Assembly (NCBI GenBank): GCA_012026655.1
Contig: JAAILG010000034.1
Location: 62,001-126,000 of the forward strand
Direction: 5' to 3'
Length of the DNA stretch: 64,000 nt
From: Hydrolagus affinis
Taxonomy: Eukaryota
Below the pieces are notes generated by a model, which was not told the origin of the DNA, searched no databases, and was given only the letters and a program-made list of their open reading frames with translations. Of the stretch, positions 28,925-39,689 are shown piece after piece. A program made the position numbers and the translations under genes. Numbering within the stretch: the first letter of the stretch is position 1; each line of letters begins with the position of its first letter.

Positions 28925-29270
28925 CAAACAACAAAATTACATTTATAGAGTATCTCTCACATTGGGAGGACGTCCCAAGGAACTGAGAAGGTGCTTTCAA
29001 ATTATAAATAAACTAAATAAATAATAAATTTCAATAACAACAAATAATATTTGTATCGTGCCTTTCACATAGGGAGGCCATCCCAAGGTTCTGGGCAGTC
29101 AGGGATTTAAACCCAAGCTCAGGGTTGAGATCAGGAAGGTTGAGGGCCTGAAGAGCAGGGGTAGGATGGTGACCGATGGCGTGGTCGAAGAGGAGAATCC
29201 TGAGATGTGCCCTGAAAGAGATGACAGAAGGCACAAGGCGAAGGGACTGTGGGATGGAGTTCCATTGGGT
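28925..29270 (-). mobile_element. L2 LINE 3' end fragments (two tails)
   Basis: CAACAAAATTACATTTATAGAG...GGACGTCCCAAGG; the minus frame WNSIPQSLRLVPSVISFRAHLRILLF is the L2 ORF end. Confidence 0.8.
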
Positions 29271-30442
29271 CATAATAATTGTGCATTCATTCAAATCAGA
29301 AATAAACGAAAACACAATCTTAAGAAGACAATTTCAAATCATTAGGGCCTGAATACTAATTGCACAAAACAGACACAGACCAAAATAAAATCTAGCTCGC
29401 TGGTCATATGTAGATTAAAAAAAACATTGATAAGGTTCCATACAGTGTCACTTCCTTTACATTGTACCTTACTTATTACTGTGCCAGTCAAATGGGGATC
29501 ATATATTCAGTCCACTCCTATCATCCAAAAGCAACAAAAAAAATGAGGATAAACGCTAAAACATTCAATTTATTAAAGTTTTTAATGTATAACATAGATT
29601 GGCATTTAGGAACTAGCTCTTACAGTCAGAAGTTGGCTTCAGTTACAAATCCACATGTGTTGGTGTATAAATGTGCAACATTTGTGGCCAGTGTCTTCTT
29701 TCCCTCAACTTCAACTCCACCCATTCACTTTTGATCTTGCAACACTAAACACAACAAATTACATTTGTATAGCACCTTTCACGTCCAAAGGACATCCCAA
29801 GATGATGGATACGTAAGATATAAGATGGTGACAATAATTGTGCATTCATTTATAACACTTTGCAATTTAGCACCAATGCTTTGGCCTCTTCATTCCACGG
29901 CAATCTTGGAATGAAGTGCAAAACTGACTGATAGAAGTTACTTTGAATAGGATGGTTTGTAATGCAACCGTCCACATTACCCCAATCACAAGCAATGGTG
30001 AGTACCTTCCTACTGTATCAAAGGGTCATTAGACAGCAATTGTTCACAAATATCATAAGGAAATCTGGTTTGAAATGCGGCAAAAGCTCAAGACTGTACA
30101 TCTGAAGCATTTTAGGTTGATAGCTACTGTTCCACTTTTGTTGAAATCGCTTGCACTGGGGGGCTCAAAAATTCCTCCTCTCTTGTTTACCTGTGGGAAG
30201 AAATTTCCACCTGGCTCTATTTATGTGGCACTTTAGATTGCCAAGTTATTGAATTGAGTCATGACTTCGAAATGGGTTTTCTGTAGTTATGAAAAGAACT
30301 TGAACAAAACCAAATTAAAAATTAAGGCCAATTTAAGGATCTGCTAAATTTTACACTCTAAAATGCTACATAAATAGGTTATATTGCAAACCAGGTAGAA
30401 ATTTTGCCTGCTGGTGAGGTTATCAACGCTGAGTTTAGAGAA

Positions 30443-30610
30443 ATAATAATAATCATTACATTTGATAGCGCCTTATCACATTATTGAGACATCTCAAAGA
30501 GATCATAGAATATACTGTAAAGTGAACTGACTGTATATTTGTGGATATGTGAAATGCAGCAGCCAATTGCACACAGCAGTGGCCCACAAACAATCCTCGA
30601 TTGGACCAAA
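30443..30610 (-). mobile_element. SINE 3' half
   Basis: AATAATAATAATCATTACATTTGATAGCGCC...GGCCCACAAACAATCC. Confidence 0.85.
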
Positions 30611-31204
30611 TGTTCAACAGAAAAGCAGAAATAAATAACTTACAGAATAATTATGTTTTTAAAAGTTACATTGAAAGAAAAATGCTTCGATTTTGTTTTA
30701 GAAAGTTTTAGAACGCCACAAATGGATTCACTGAAAGTGAAATGTTGCTGAAGTAACTTTCGTCATGTATTGGTATAGGACATCAGTCTAACTGTGGGGC
30801 AAAGAGGCAAGTCAGTCCCAAACTATATCCACTGCAAAAACAGACGTAGCAATAGAATCAGAATCTACCTCAATGGTTGTGAGTGCGTCCAATACATTTG
30901 CCAGTCAATAAAGCAAAATAACCAAAAGTTCAATTCCAATTTAAAAGTGAATTCAACTAAATGTGAGGCTTTCTCTGTCGTACGCGGCGTGCAGGAGAAA
31001 TTCAGCATCTTTCGCAGGTCAACGTGTTGGGTTTGGCAACTCATCAGCTGACAACCCGGAAAAGGATTTTTTTTGAAAAAAAAGGAAAAAAGACAGATAC
31101 AATTATATTGTGCGCCTAACGTGTGAGATACTAACGTGAAACCTCTCAAGGCATTTCTGTAACTAGGCAAATAAAGGCAGGTGTTTAAAATACTTCACAC
31201 TTAC

Positions 31205-31246
31205 TTGAGTTCCATTAACAACGATCCCTAAATCGTTGCTCTCCAT
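31205..31246 (-). CDS. LRMDA: LRMDA (C10orf11, leucine-rich melanocyte differentiation-associated) first coding exon, 14 codons
   Basis: Minus strand gtgATGG (strong Kozak) reads MESNDLGIVVNGTQ, then donor CAA|GTAAGT, phase 0. Matches the recalled human start MAGLVVRGTQ. Confidence 0.85.
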
Positions 31247-31594
31247 CACTGACGTGCTAATTATAAAAGGCTGATAAAATGTCGTTGTCTTATTTTGGGG
31301 GGTGGGTGGGTGAGGGGGGGTTGTTTGATTTTCGCAGCTTAACAGAGGTGGTAATCACAGTGTGTAAAAAATAAATCTTTTGCATGTGGTCTGTGTTAAG
31401 AAATACCGTTATAACGGCAGTGCCCGATTCTGCAAGATGTAAATAGAGAGAGAGAGAGAGACAAGGCTTCCGTACTCCCCGTCAGCTGATCGGCAGCGGA
31501 AGTCTAGAGCTGACTGGAAGAAAAGGAGGAGTCATAATAGGAATTAGGACTAGAAACTGCTCAATTGTGTAGAATGCAACCAGAGCAAACCTTA

Positions 31595-31595
<1 letters not shown>

Positions 31596-31626
<31 letters not shown>
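31596..31626. repeat. (GT)n(GA)n compound microsatellite
   Basis: Direct reading. Confidence 0.9.
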
Positions 31627-31627
<1 letters not shown>

Positions 31628-31751
31628 GGGGTAGTGGGGAGCAACTGATTTCATCAATTCATCTCTCTTCCCACCAGTCTCTCTTATATAACTTTAAATC
31701 CTCGTGGTCTCCTTAAGGAAGTTACTTCCTTCCTTGATTGTCAGAAGGCTG

Positions 31752-31836
31752 CACACACACTTACACACTCGCCCACTCACTTACTCACACACTCACTCAC
31801 TTATTCACTCACACGTACGTACTCACTCACTCACTC
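31752..31836. repeat. Imperfect (ACTC)/(AC) simple repeat
   Basis: Direct reading. Confidence 0.8.
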
Positions 31837-32059
31837 GCCTCCGGTGGTGCCTATGTCTATCTGTGTGCGATCGGGGGGCATTCCCACCCCCTTGTCAGAA
31901 AGGCAGGCATGTTTTTAAATAAATATATGTACACACATATATATATATATTCTTTTATTTGACCAAAATCCAACCAACTGCCGCGTCTCTCGCACCTCTG
32001 GAGTAAGAAAGTGTTGCGTTCGCTGTAGACTCTACCATCAAATCATGGTCTTGACAAAC

Positions 32060-32170
32060 CCCCCCCTCCCTCCTCCCTCCCTCCCCACCTCCCCCTGGGG
32101 GAAAAAAGGCAAACTTCCCCTTTCCCACCCCGTCGGTGGAGCGCATGCGGAAGTCTGGCACTGCAGAACA
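32060..32170. promoter_or_regulatory. Candidate LRMDA promoter (NRF1 + ETS composite)
   Basis: GCGCATGCG (32141-32149) overlaps CGGAAGT (32148-32154), next to C-rich Sp/KLF-like tracts, about 0.9 kb upstream of the LRMDA ATG on -. A possible acceptor (ttag|) 10 nt before the ATG suggests an upstream non-coding exon. Confidence 0.4.
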
Positions 32171-33129
32171 CTGACCCAATCTCAGCTTCTACTAACTCCT
32201 AATGTAAGCCTCTATTACACTGATCTTTAACATAAGTAAGTTAGATGCATGGAACTGTGTACGTACTTCTTGTCATTGGTCACAAAAAGTGGTAATTAAA
32301 ATCTAGGAATGGAGACGAAATGCCTTCTGTGCCGGGCTATGCGGAGACACACAGCCAGCCAAGGGCAGGGATGTCTTTGTAACAGGAGGAATGTGTGTGT
32401 GTGTGTGCACCGTATGTGCACTTCAGAATAGACTCGACATTAAATTTGTTGTTAGCCGACTGATCATATTCCAGGTATGAATTTTAGTATTTGTCCGCGC
32501 GCCTGAGAAATCGTATATATCAGCATATACAGTGTCTACTATAGATATATGTGTGTATATATATATATATTGTTTGCTTGTTGCTTAAGACGGGCTCGTT
32601 CGAGCGCAGTACAAGAAAGAGCCAAGTTGCGGGTATCAAGATAAAGAGTTGCCGTTTATACGAAACAATATGTTAATTTGCCAGAAATCGATCGGCTTCT
32701 CCCTGTGATAAGGTGATCGGTCTAATTGATTCCGTCGCACACTTTATATCCCCGGGTTTGGGGAATTATCGTGTTGATAATGCTGCAGCCGTTTTTCTTC
32801 CCCGCTTTTGGAAGTCACTAAAGCACCCACCGGGTCTCCAACACAGTAACTTTGCAAATAAATGTCAAATTTGTGTGTGTGCATGTATATATACTGTATA
32901 TATATATATGTGTATATGTGTGTGTGTGTGTTTAAAGCTCTCCCAGGCCAGGGCAGACTAAGTTGTTTGTCACTTGTTCCCGGCAATAATTATATTTGCA
33001 TGCGGTGAATGATTCATAAAATATGTCAGCGGAATAAAATATAGGCACGTACTTCAAACTTTCTATTTAAAAATCATGAATTATAGCCACGAAAAATGTG
33101 TTCCCATTTAGGGTAATACGAAGTATTTG

Positions 33130-33330
33130 CTGTCTTGTACTGAGACCCATCTGTCATCTAGACAATAAAGAAAGCCGCTGTTACTTTTTCCTGACGTTTG
33201 AAAATTTATGGCCGCCCTACACTGCCCTAATAATTCAAGCATTGTGTCAATGTGTGACAGGCTTGCAGAAAAACAGCAACCCTGTTATCAATCAAACAGC
33301 CCTTTGCATATTTTTAGCTGTGCTCTGATC
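33130..33330. promoter_or_regulatory. CNE-like enhancer candidate with TALE-Hox motifs
   Basis: CTGTCA 33151, TTTATGG 33205, TGACAG 33255, ATCAATCA (=TGATTGAT) 33287-33294 and TTTGCAT 33303, in unique sequence between LRMDA and ZNF503. Confidence 0.55.
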
Positions 33331-35539
33331 TTCAGACACGTTTATGTATGAATTATATCATTATGAATCATTCTGCAGATTTACTGTAAGGCGGAACGTG
33401 ATCTATCACGGCTCTCAAATCAACAAAAGAGTTTTTTACAGTTTTCGGCATTTTTTGTTAAAAAAAAGCGTGCCTTTGCCACTTGTGGAACTTAACTTCA
33501 ATCGCGGAATAGACACCTTTGGTTAACGAACTCGATTCCCCGGCTCGTTCTCTTATCGCCGGGTAGCGGGAGCGCACTTAAAATGTCAATTCAGACCCCG
33601 CAGTCTCGGCTTATACACACGGTATTTCACGCGTTCCTGGGGGTGGGAGAGAGCCCCCGGTCCCCCGGTCCCCGCCACGGCAGAGAACAGGTCTACAAGG
33701 CTCCTGTAAACTCCACATAACAATTTCTGGATCGCCAGCAACTGGCTGGTGGCTCTGCTCCCCGTTGTTCTGCAGTTCAATAAGCATTATACACTGGGGG
33801 GAGATGTATTGCACTTCAGTTTCAAGACACTTTGCCGGGATTTTTTCTCACACACTCACTCCCTCTTGTCTTTCTCGCTGTTTGCAGATCAGTTTCTTAG
33901 AATTGTTTCGATTTGGCCTTTTCTTTTAGATACCCCTGACTGTGCAGTCAGACCCCCAAATTCACCTCCAGAAGCTTTCTTAAACATCGAAGGCCCCTAT
34001 CGTTAAAAAGGGTGGGCAAACGTGACATGTTTAGCAATGGTACATTTTTTTTAAAAAGAATCAGACAGTAAATTCCTCTATGTCTATTCCTGCATTGCCT
34101 GGTCCGCATTGACTTGTTAAATCATGAGCTGCAGTAATGGGATAAGCGGTTTGGAAATTCACCGTAAATATGATTTCTACAGTTACCCTATTCCCTTAAC
34201 CCAATTATCCAACCAACCACCGCCCGGGTGGCAAGCTGTAAACAGTGTTTAGGGCGAGCTGATAATTGCAATGGTTTGTATGTATGTGTGTGTGTCTTGT
34301 TTCATGAAATGTTGGAAGATTTTAACAGGTAAAAGGCGCGCCTCAGTGAGTATTCCGCACTGGGTTCCCTGGTCAAAAGTTCTGATTGAGGAGTGGCCCG
34401 GCGGGGAAATAATGAATCCTAAATTGACACTGTTTGTTCAGTGATATTTGTGCTTCTCTTATCATACAATATACTGTATGTGTGTACATCTTCCCAGCAG
34501 TGCGATTGGAAGAGGTGTTCAAGATTCCGCCCGTCTAATAATAGTTTTAATATTCCAGCTGCGACTTATTACTTTTTCTTTTAAAAAAAAGTTACTTATT
34601 TTGTTGCAAAAAAATGTATATGTGTCTACGGTTGTGCTTCCATTATATCCGGAAACTTTCCTTCCCTAAAACTTTGCTTCCGAAGGATGGATGGATACAA
34701 TACACAAGCCATTGTCAGCTTGATTTCAGGTGTCAGAGCGAGGAAGGAACTGTACAATACTACCCCCCCCACCCCCTACTTACAATTGCCTGCACACTCT
34801 CAGAATTCACCAGACGAAAAAAAATCACATTTTACACCAACCACATACCTTGCACCAAATTAGAAGCGGAACAATTGCATTTGTTTCCTCATTTATTTCC
34901 ATGGTTTTGCAAACCACACAGGTCTCTCTCTCTCTCTCTCTCTCTCCCCCCCGTTTCTTTACATGTGACGACCGGCGCATGTTAGAGGGACAAAGGAGCG
35001 AACGTGGTCATCTGCGGAGTTTGTGATCCCGCTATTTATATAAATGTGTAATATTATAAACACATAAACAAACAAACCTCTTCGAATTTCTCAAGAGGTG
35101 AAAACAATTCACGGCTGAGCGAAAACCATTTTTTGTCTGTCAACGTAGCCAGGCACCAAGTGATCTAAACTGGAAGCGGTGTCAAAATGTTACCTGGTTT
35201 ATATCTTTGTAATAAAAAAAGTATTAATTGTAAGCCAAAGAATTTGGGGGCATATTTTCCCTTTATAATAACAGCCACTTGTAATGTAATCTCGAGCAAT
35301 ACTTGTCAATTTAACCAATCCTAGACTAAATAAGACGGCTGCTGACTACTTCAGATCTGCCACATATGCATTCAAAATAGCGTGACTCCTTTAACATTAA
35401 ATGACTCCCCTTAACTATCCTCTCCTCCTCATCCGGTGCTAAACGACTATGGTACGGTATAATTCGGTTTCTTGGAGGGTTTTTTTTTGTGGGGAAACGA
35501 TTTTGCTCCGATCCTCATTCTGTTGAAATCCATCCCTGG

Positions 35540-35760
35540 ATTTACAAGCTCTGACCTGACCTGTCAAGCGGATTATCATACAGAGAGATTAATAGGGTAG
35601 GCGGGTTGCAATAATAATCGTTTTGTTTGATGTGACAAGTCTGATAGGCGTTGATTTACTTACAAACTGATAGGCTTTTAATTGAGCGCCTACATCCAAG
35701 TTTTAGATGAAAGGAAAGCGGCGGCATTTTGTGTCTGAAAAGCTGCCCAATTGCCCGGGA
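35540..35760. promoter_or_regulatory. CNE-like enhancer candidate upstream of ZNF503
   Basis: TGACCTGACCT near 35552, CTGTCA 35561, TGACAA 35633, TGATTTAC 35652-35659 and CTGATAGGC twice (35641, 35667). Confidence 0.55.
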
Positions 35761-37979
35761 GTCAGAATACTTATTAGCCGGCTACGTGAACGGTGAAATA
35801 GTTTTACCTCGCTGTTTTTTGGGGGGGACTGTATAGCTGCCACTTTAGTTCAACAATAAATCTTTTCCCATTGTGTGCAAATAAAATCGCGTTGACGTGT
35901 TCTGCCAATAGTTAGTTGATAGGTGAGTTGAGTCGGAAGGCTGTTTAACTAGTGCGCGGTTTTTTTATTTAAAAAAACACATAAATTCAATTAAATGGAC
36001 GTACTTTATTTATCCCGGAGCGGTAATGTAGACGCGCTTATATGGATGTCACCCACGTAAATCGCGGACGTGATTTTAACCACGGGACCCAGGCGCAACA
36101 CTGATTTTTCCAGGGGGTGGGGGAGAGAAACTTCAGCTCACAGAAGGTGTCTCACCGAGACAAGAAATCTGAGATACAAATTGAAAAGGGCGGGAATAAA
36201 TAGGTCACCTTGACTCTAAATGTTCCATCTCCCCACCCACCCACCACCACCCAAATTTGGTTTAGAAATGGACAACGCAAATGAATCTATGACTCTCCCA
36301 GTATTATCATTGTTACTATTTTCTATTTAACTTCAAACCGACACTGTGAATGGTGAAACGTATATATCTATCTATCTATTACGAAGTCGTGTAACATTGC
36401 AAAGGACGCTCGTTGTGCGCTAGTTTGGACGGTTCGATTCTTCACGTTTTTTTAAAAAAAACACACACACTTTGAACTAGGGCACGCCCTTTGCATCACA
36501 CTGCCCTTCTTCACAGATCCCTTGCTGTGCCTTCCGCACTGAAGTGAGCACATTTCTCTCCTCTCTCCCACCCCCACTGAAAAAAAACCCTCTTCCCACA
36601 GTCGACTCCACCTAAAGCAATTAATCTTTCAGTATTTCTCACCGGGAGGCAGGACAAATACAACGAGAACAGATAGTCGTCTCTATGGTATAGTAAGGAA
36701 AACAGCTGTTCCAAGCAGTTAATGCAAATGAACACAAATGAAGGTACAACGTTTCAATGTTTACTGCACTTCATCTATCAACCTGACGAGCCATTAAAAG
36801 AAAGCAGGGTTTTTGTGCAGATCGAATTTACTCCCACCACTTTGGGACCGTTCACTTCTCTCCCTGCACCATTACACACCTGGAAAAAATCTGTGTTTTC
36901 CCTTTAGCCACAGCGTTCAAGCAAAATACTTCACAGGGATCACATAGGCACACATTAGCGCGCGTCCCACTATCAACCTATACATTCATAGAAAACAATG
37001 CAACCCACTTATTTCCAGGTCCATCGCAGAAACAACTTCATTTTTGGGGGGCTGTTTTTTTGTTGTGATTGTTAAAACAATATATAGAGGTGCCAACGTT
37101 ATCGCGCGGTGCAAGTTATCTCACACGCTCGACAGCTTTTGTTTTTTGTGTTAGTTTTTAAACGGATGAAGCGTTTTCAAACAGACCCGAGAAGCCCAAA
37201 TACTCAGGTTGTATCTGTAAATGCCAACTTTCAAATAATGGTTTCGGGCGGTGGGTCGGTCTCATTCGCTTAAAATCGAGCAGTTTGTGTGTGTACATAC
37301 ACACATACACACGCACAGACAGACACACACATATATATAATACACACATATTTTTTAAATGGGCCTGATTTTTAGTTAGGTTTTTTTTAAATGATTTGCA
37401 TCAATTGTGGGGTTTGCTTGGTTTAAGTTTAAAGTCAATTTGGCTAAAGTCCGGTCCGAATGTGAGAGTCCATCTCATAAATTACTGGCTTCCCCTCAGC
37501 ACTTTCCGTGTTCTTCACTTGTCAAACGTGTTTTTATCTCCAAGTGACCTTTTGTTAATGTTGTAGATTGTGTGGGCCACCATGTCGAGGCCGGAAACAA
37601 AAGCAAAGATTGATTAGCACATACATTTGCCAGTGAAAAGAAGAAAACATCAAACAGAAGTCAAAATCTTTCAGCCGTTAATAGTTTTTTTCCCCCCTTC
37701 TCTCTCTCTCTCTACCCCCACCACCTTCCCTCCCACCTCCAATCCAATCCCCCCCCCCCCACCAAAAAAAAGTTGTGATAATATAAAGAAAGTTCCCCCA
37801 TTTGCGAGGGAGCGTCGCGACTGTCGTTAGATTTATTACATACAGATATATCTTATTTATATTATTTTAAAATCTGCCAACGTTTGCTTGTTTGGCAAAG
37901 TGCATTAAATGTGCAAAATCAGTCGGTGTGAAAAAAAATCCCCCCACCACCGTAGTTTAAAGCGTCTATTATGAACCTT

Positions 37980-38130
37980 TTACAGAAGTGACTTTGATCG
38001 GGCCGATCATTTGTTCCAGCTGTCAAGTTTAACATGTCAGGACTTTCAACGTGTCAATCTTAATCTTTCTCAAACACCACTACGTGTGACCAACTGATTG
38101 ATTGATCGGTGATAAGATCTCAATAATATG
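37980..38130. promoter_or_regulatory. Proximal ZNF503 element with TCF, Meis and Pbx-Hox motifs
   Basis: CTTTGAT 37992, CTGTCA 38020, TGTCAA 38052 and TGATTGATTGAT 38095-38106. Confidence 0.5.
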
Positions 38131-38401
38131 TCGTTTTGTTTGCGTTGGGTGCGCTGTAAACCCATCCGAGATTTCTCCGCTTGTCTCCTTCTCCGAAATA
38201 AAAAAAAAGCCCCCTTTCTATTTTTCTTTCAAACCGGAGAAAATATATTCAACAGGAAAGTAAGCCATTAATGGCAAGAAGTGAAGGTGGTATAATTCGT
38301 TCAAGCGGACTGAAGTGCGGTCTAGTGCGTCCGCCTTTTGTTCGCATACAAATTGAGTTTACTCTGAGAACGATTTATTTCCCTATATTGAATGCCTCTT
38401 T

Positions 38402-38501
38402 NNNNNNNNNNNNNNNNNNNNNNNNNNNNNNNNNNNNNNNNNNNNNNNNNNNNNNNNNNNNNNNNNNNNNNNNNNNNNNNNNNNNNNNNNNNNNNNNNNN
38501 N
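38402..38501. other. Assembly gap (100 N)
   Basis: Run of exactly 100 N; true size unknown. Confidence 0.99.
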
Positions 38502-38639
38502 GTTGAGTTGAAAGCATGTGACACCCAGATCCATCGCAAGGATTGGACCCTCATGTCATCACATGCTGAAAAGGCTCAGGTTTCGCCTCCTCTCACACAC
38601 ACACAATAACTAACACACACATAAGAGAGAGAGGAAAAG

Positions 38640-38770
38640 TTAACGTCACATCCCCTTGACCCTCCAATCACCTCGGGCTTCGGTGCTCATTGTGTGATTT
38701 GATTGGAAGGCGGCAAAGGCTTTAATCTTAAAGTAATTCGGTGTTTGAAGTGTTGACGGCCAGATTGCGT
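38640..38770 (+). promoter_or_regulatory. Putative ZNF503 core promoter
   Basis: CRE-like AACGTCA near 38642, CCAAT at 38664-38668, reverse CCAAT (ATTGG) at 38702-38706 and AT-rich TTTAATCTTAAA near 38720, all 200-290 nt upstream of the ATG. The TSS itself is not determinable. Confidence 0.5.
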
Positions 38771-38928
38771 GTTGTATGTTGTGTGTAGCTAAGCGGTCTG
38801 AAGCTGACTGCCTCTATCTGATGAGCGCCGTGCGGGCTCTGGCCACTGTCTCCGTTAGTGTGAGTGAAAACAACCGCAGCGTCCGCCCAATGCCACAGTC
38901 CTTCTCGGAGCGCTGGTTGAGTTAGGTC

Positions 38929-39177
38929 ATGATTACATCGTCTCCCGTCTCTACTCACAGAATTACAGCTACTGAAATCGGCAACAACAACATCAGCGAC
39001 AGCAGGGGAAACGGTAGCAGCAAACCTTTCTACCACACCGTTCCTCCCTCAGACCCTTTAAGACAAGCTAATCGTCTTCCTATCAAGGTCCTGAAAATGC
39101 TTACTGCTCGCACAGGACACATTTTGCACCCCGAGTATTTACAACCTTTACCATCTACACCCGTAAGTCCTATCGAG
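38929..39177 (+). CDS. ZNF503: ZNF503 (Nlz2) coding exon 1, 83 codons
   Basis: ATG at 38929 (G at -3). Translates MITSSPVS...KPFYHTVPPSDPLRQANRLPIKVLKMLTARTGHILHPEYLQPLPSTPVSPIE, matching the recalled ZNF503 N-terminus (KPFVHAVPPSDPLRQANRLPIKVLKMLTARTGHILHPEYLQPLPSTPVSPIE). Donor GAG|GTACGT at 39178, phase 0. Confidence 0.95.
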
Positions 39178-39689
39178 GTACGTGTGTTCACCATTTGATT
39201 TTTTTTGTGTACTGTAAATGAAACTGTAAAACGAGGTGGCGGGGGGGCGGGTTGAGTGGGGAAAAGAGAAAAAAAAGTTTCGTTGTTCAATACTGTTAAA
39301 ATGGGGCGGGGAATCATGATTTTAGCACAGTTCAACGTTTCTTTTTAAATTTGGAGTCTATACACACATATATATCTCGAAACACACGATCGCTAGAACG
39401 GCGCATTCAATGTGAACTTTAAAAATAAATAACAAATAGATTGGGGAGGAAAGTGAGCGGGATCATTTACTTAGAATGAGTCGTTTCTCTCCCCCCTCAA
39501 AAAAAACCCACCCTCTGGTTTCCAGTGTACGTGGCTGCTACATTGTTTGCTCTTCCTGTACTGTATTAACGGAATAAACTACAGATCGCTTGGGAATTTG
39601 GGAGTATCAGTTCATATATATGTGTGTGTGTATAAATAGACCGATTGTTTTTGATCAAAATGCATGTTTTATGTTTTATCTGTTTGTAG
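39178..39689 (+). other. ZNF503: ZNF503 intron 1 (512 nt, GT-AG, phase 0)
   Basis: GTACGT...tgtttgtAG joins SPIE to LDAKKSPL, the conserved NET-family junction. Confidence 0.93.

Noticed and set aside
30869-30897. MYWTHSQPL mini-exon as LRMDA exon 1
   Set aside because: Wrong phase for exon 2, weak donor and no similarity; 31205-31246 fits instead.
36202-36216. Near-ERE AGGTCAcctTGACT
   Set aside because: A single imperfect site with no supporting context.
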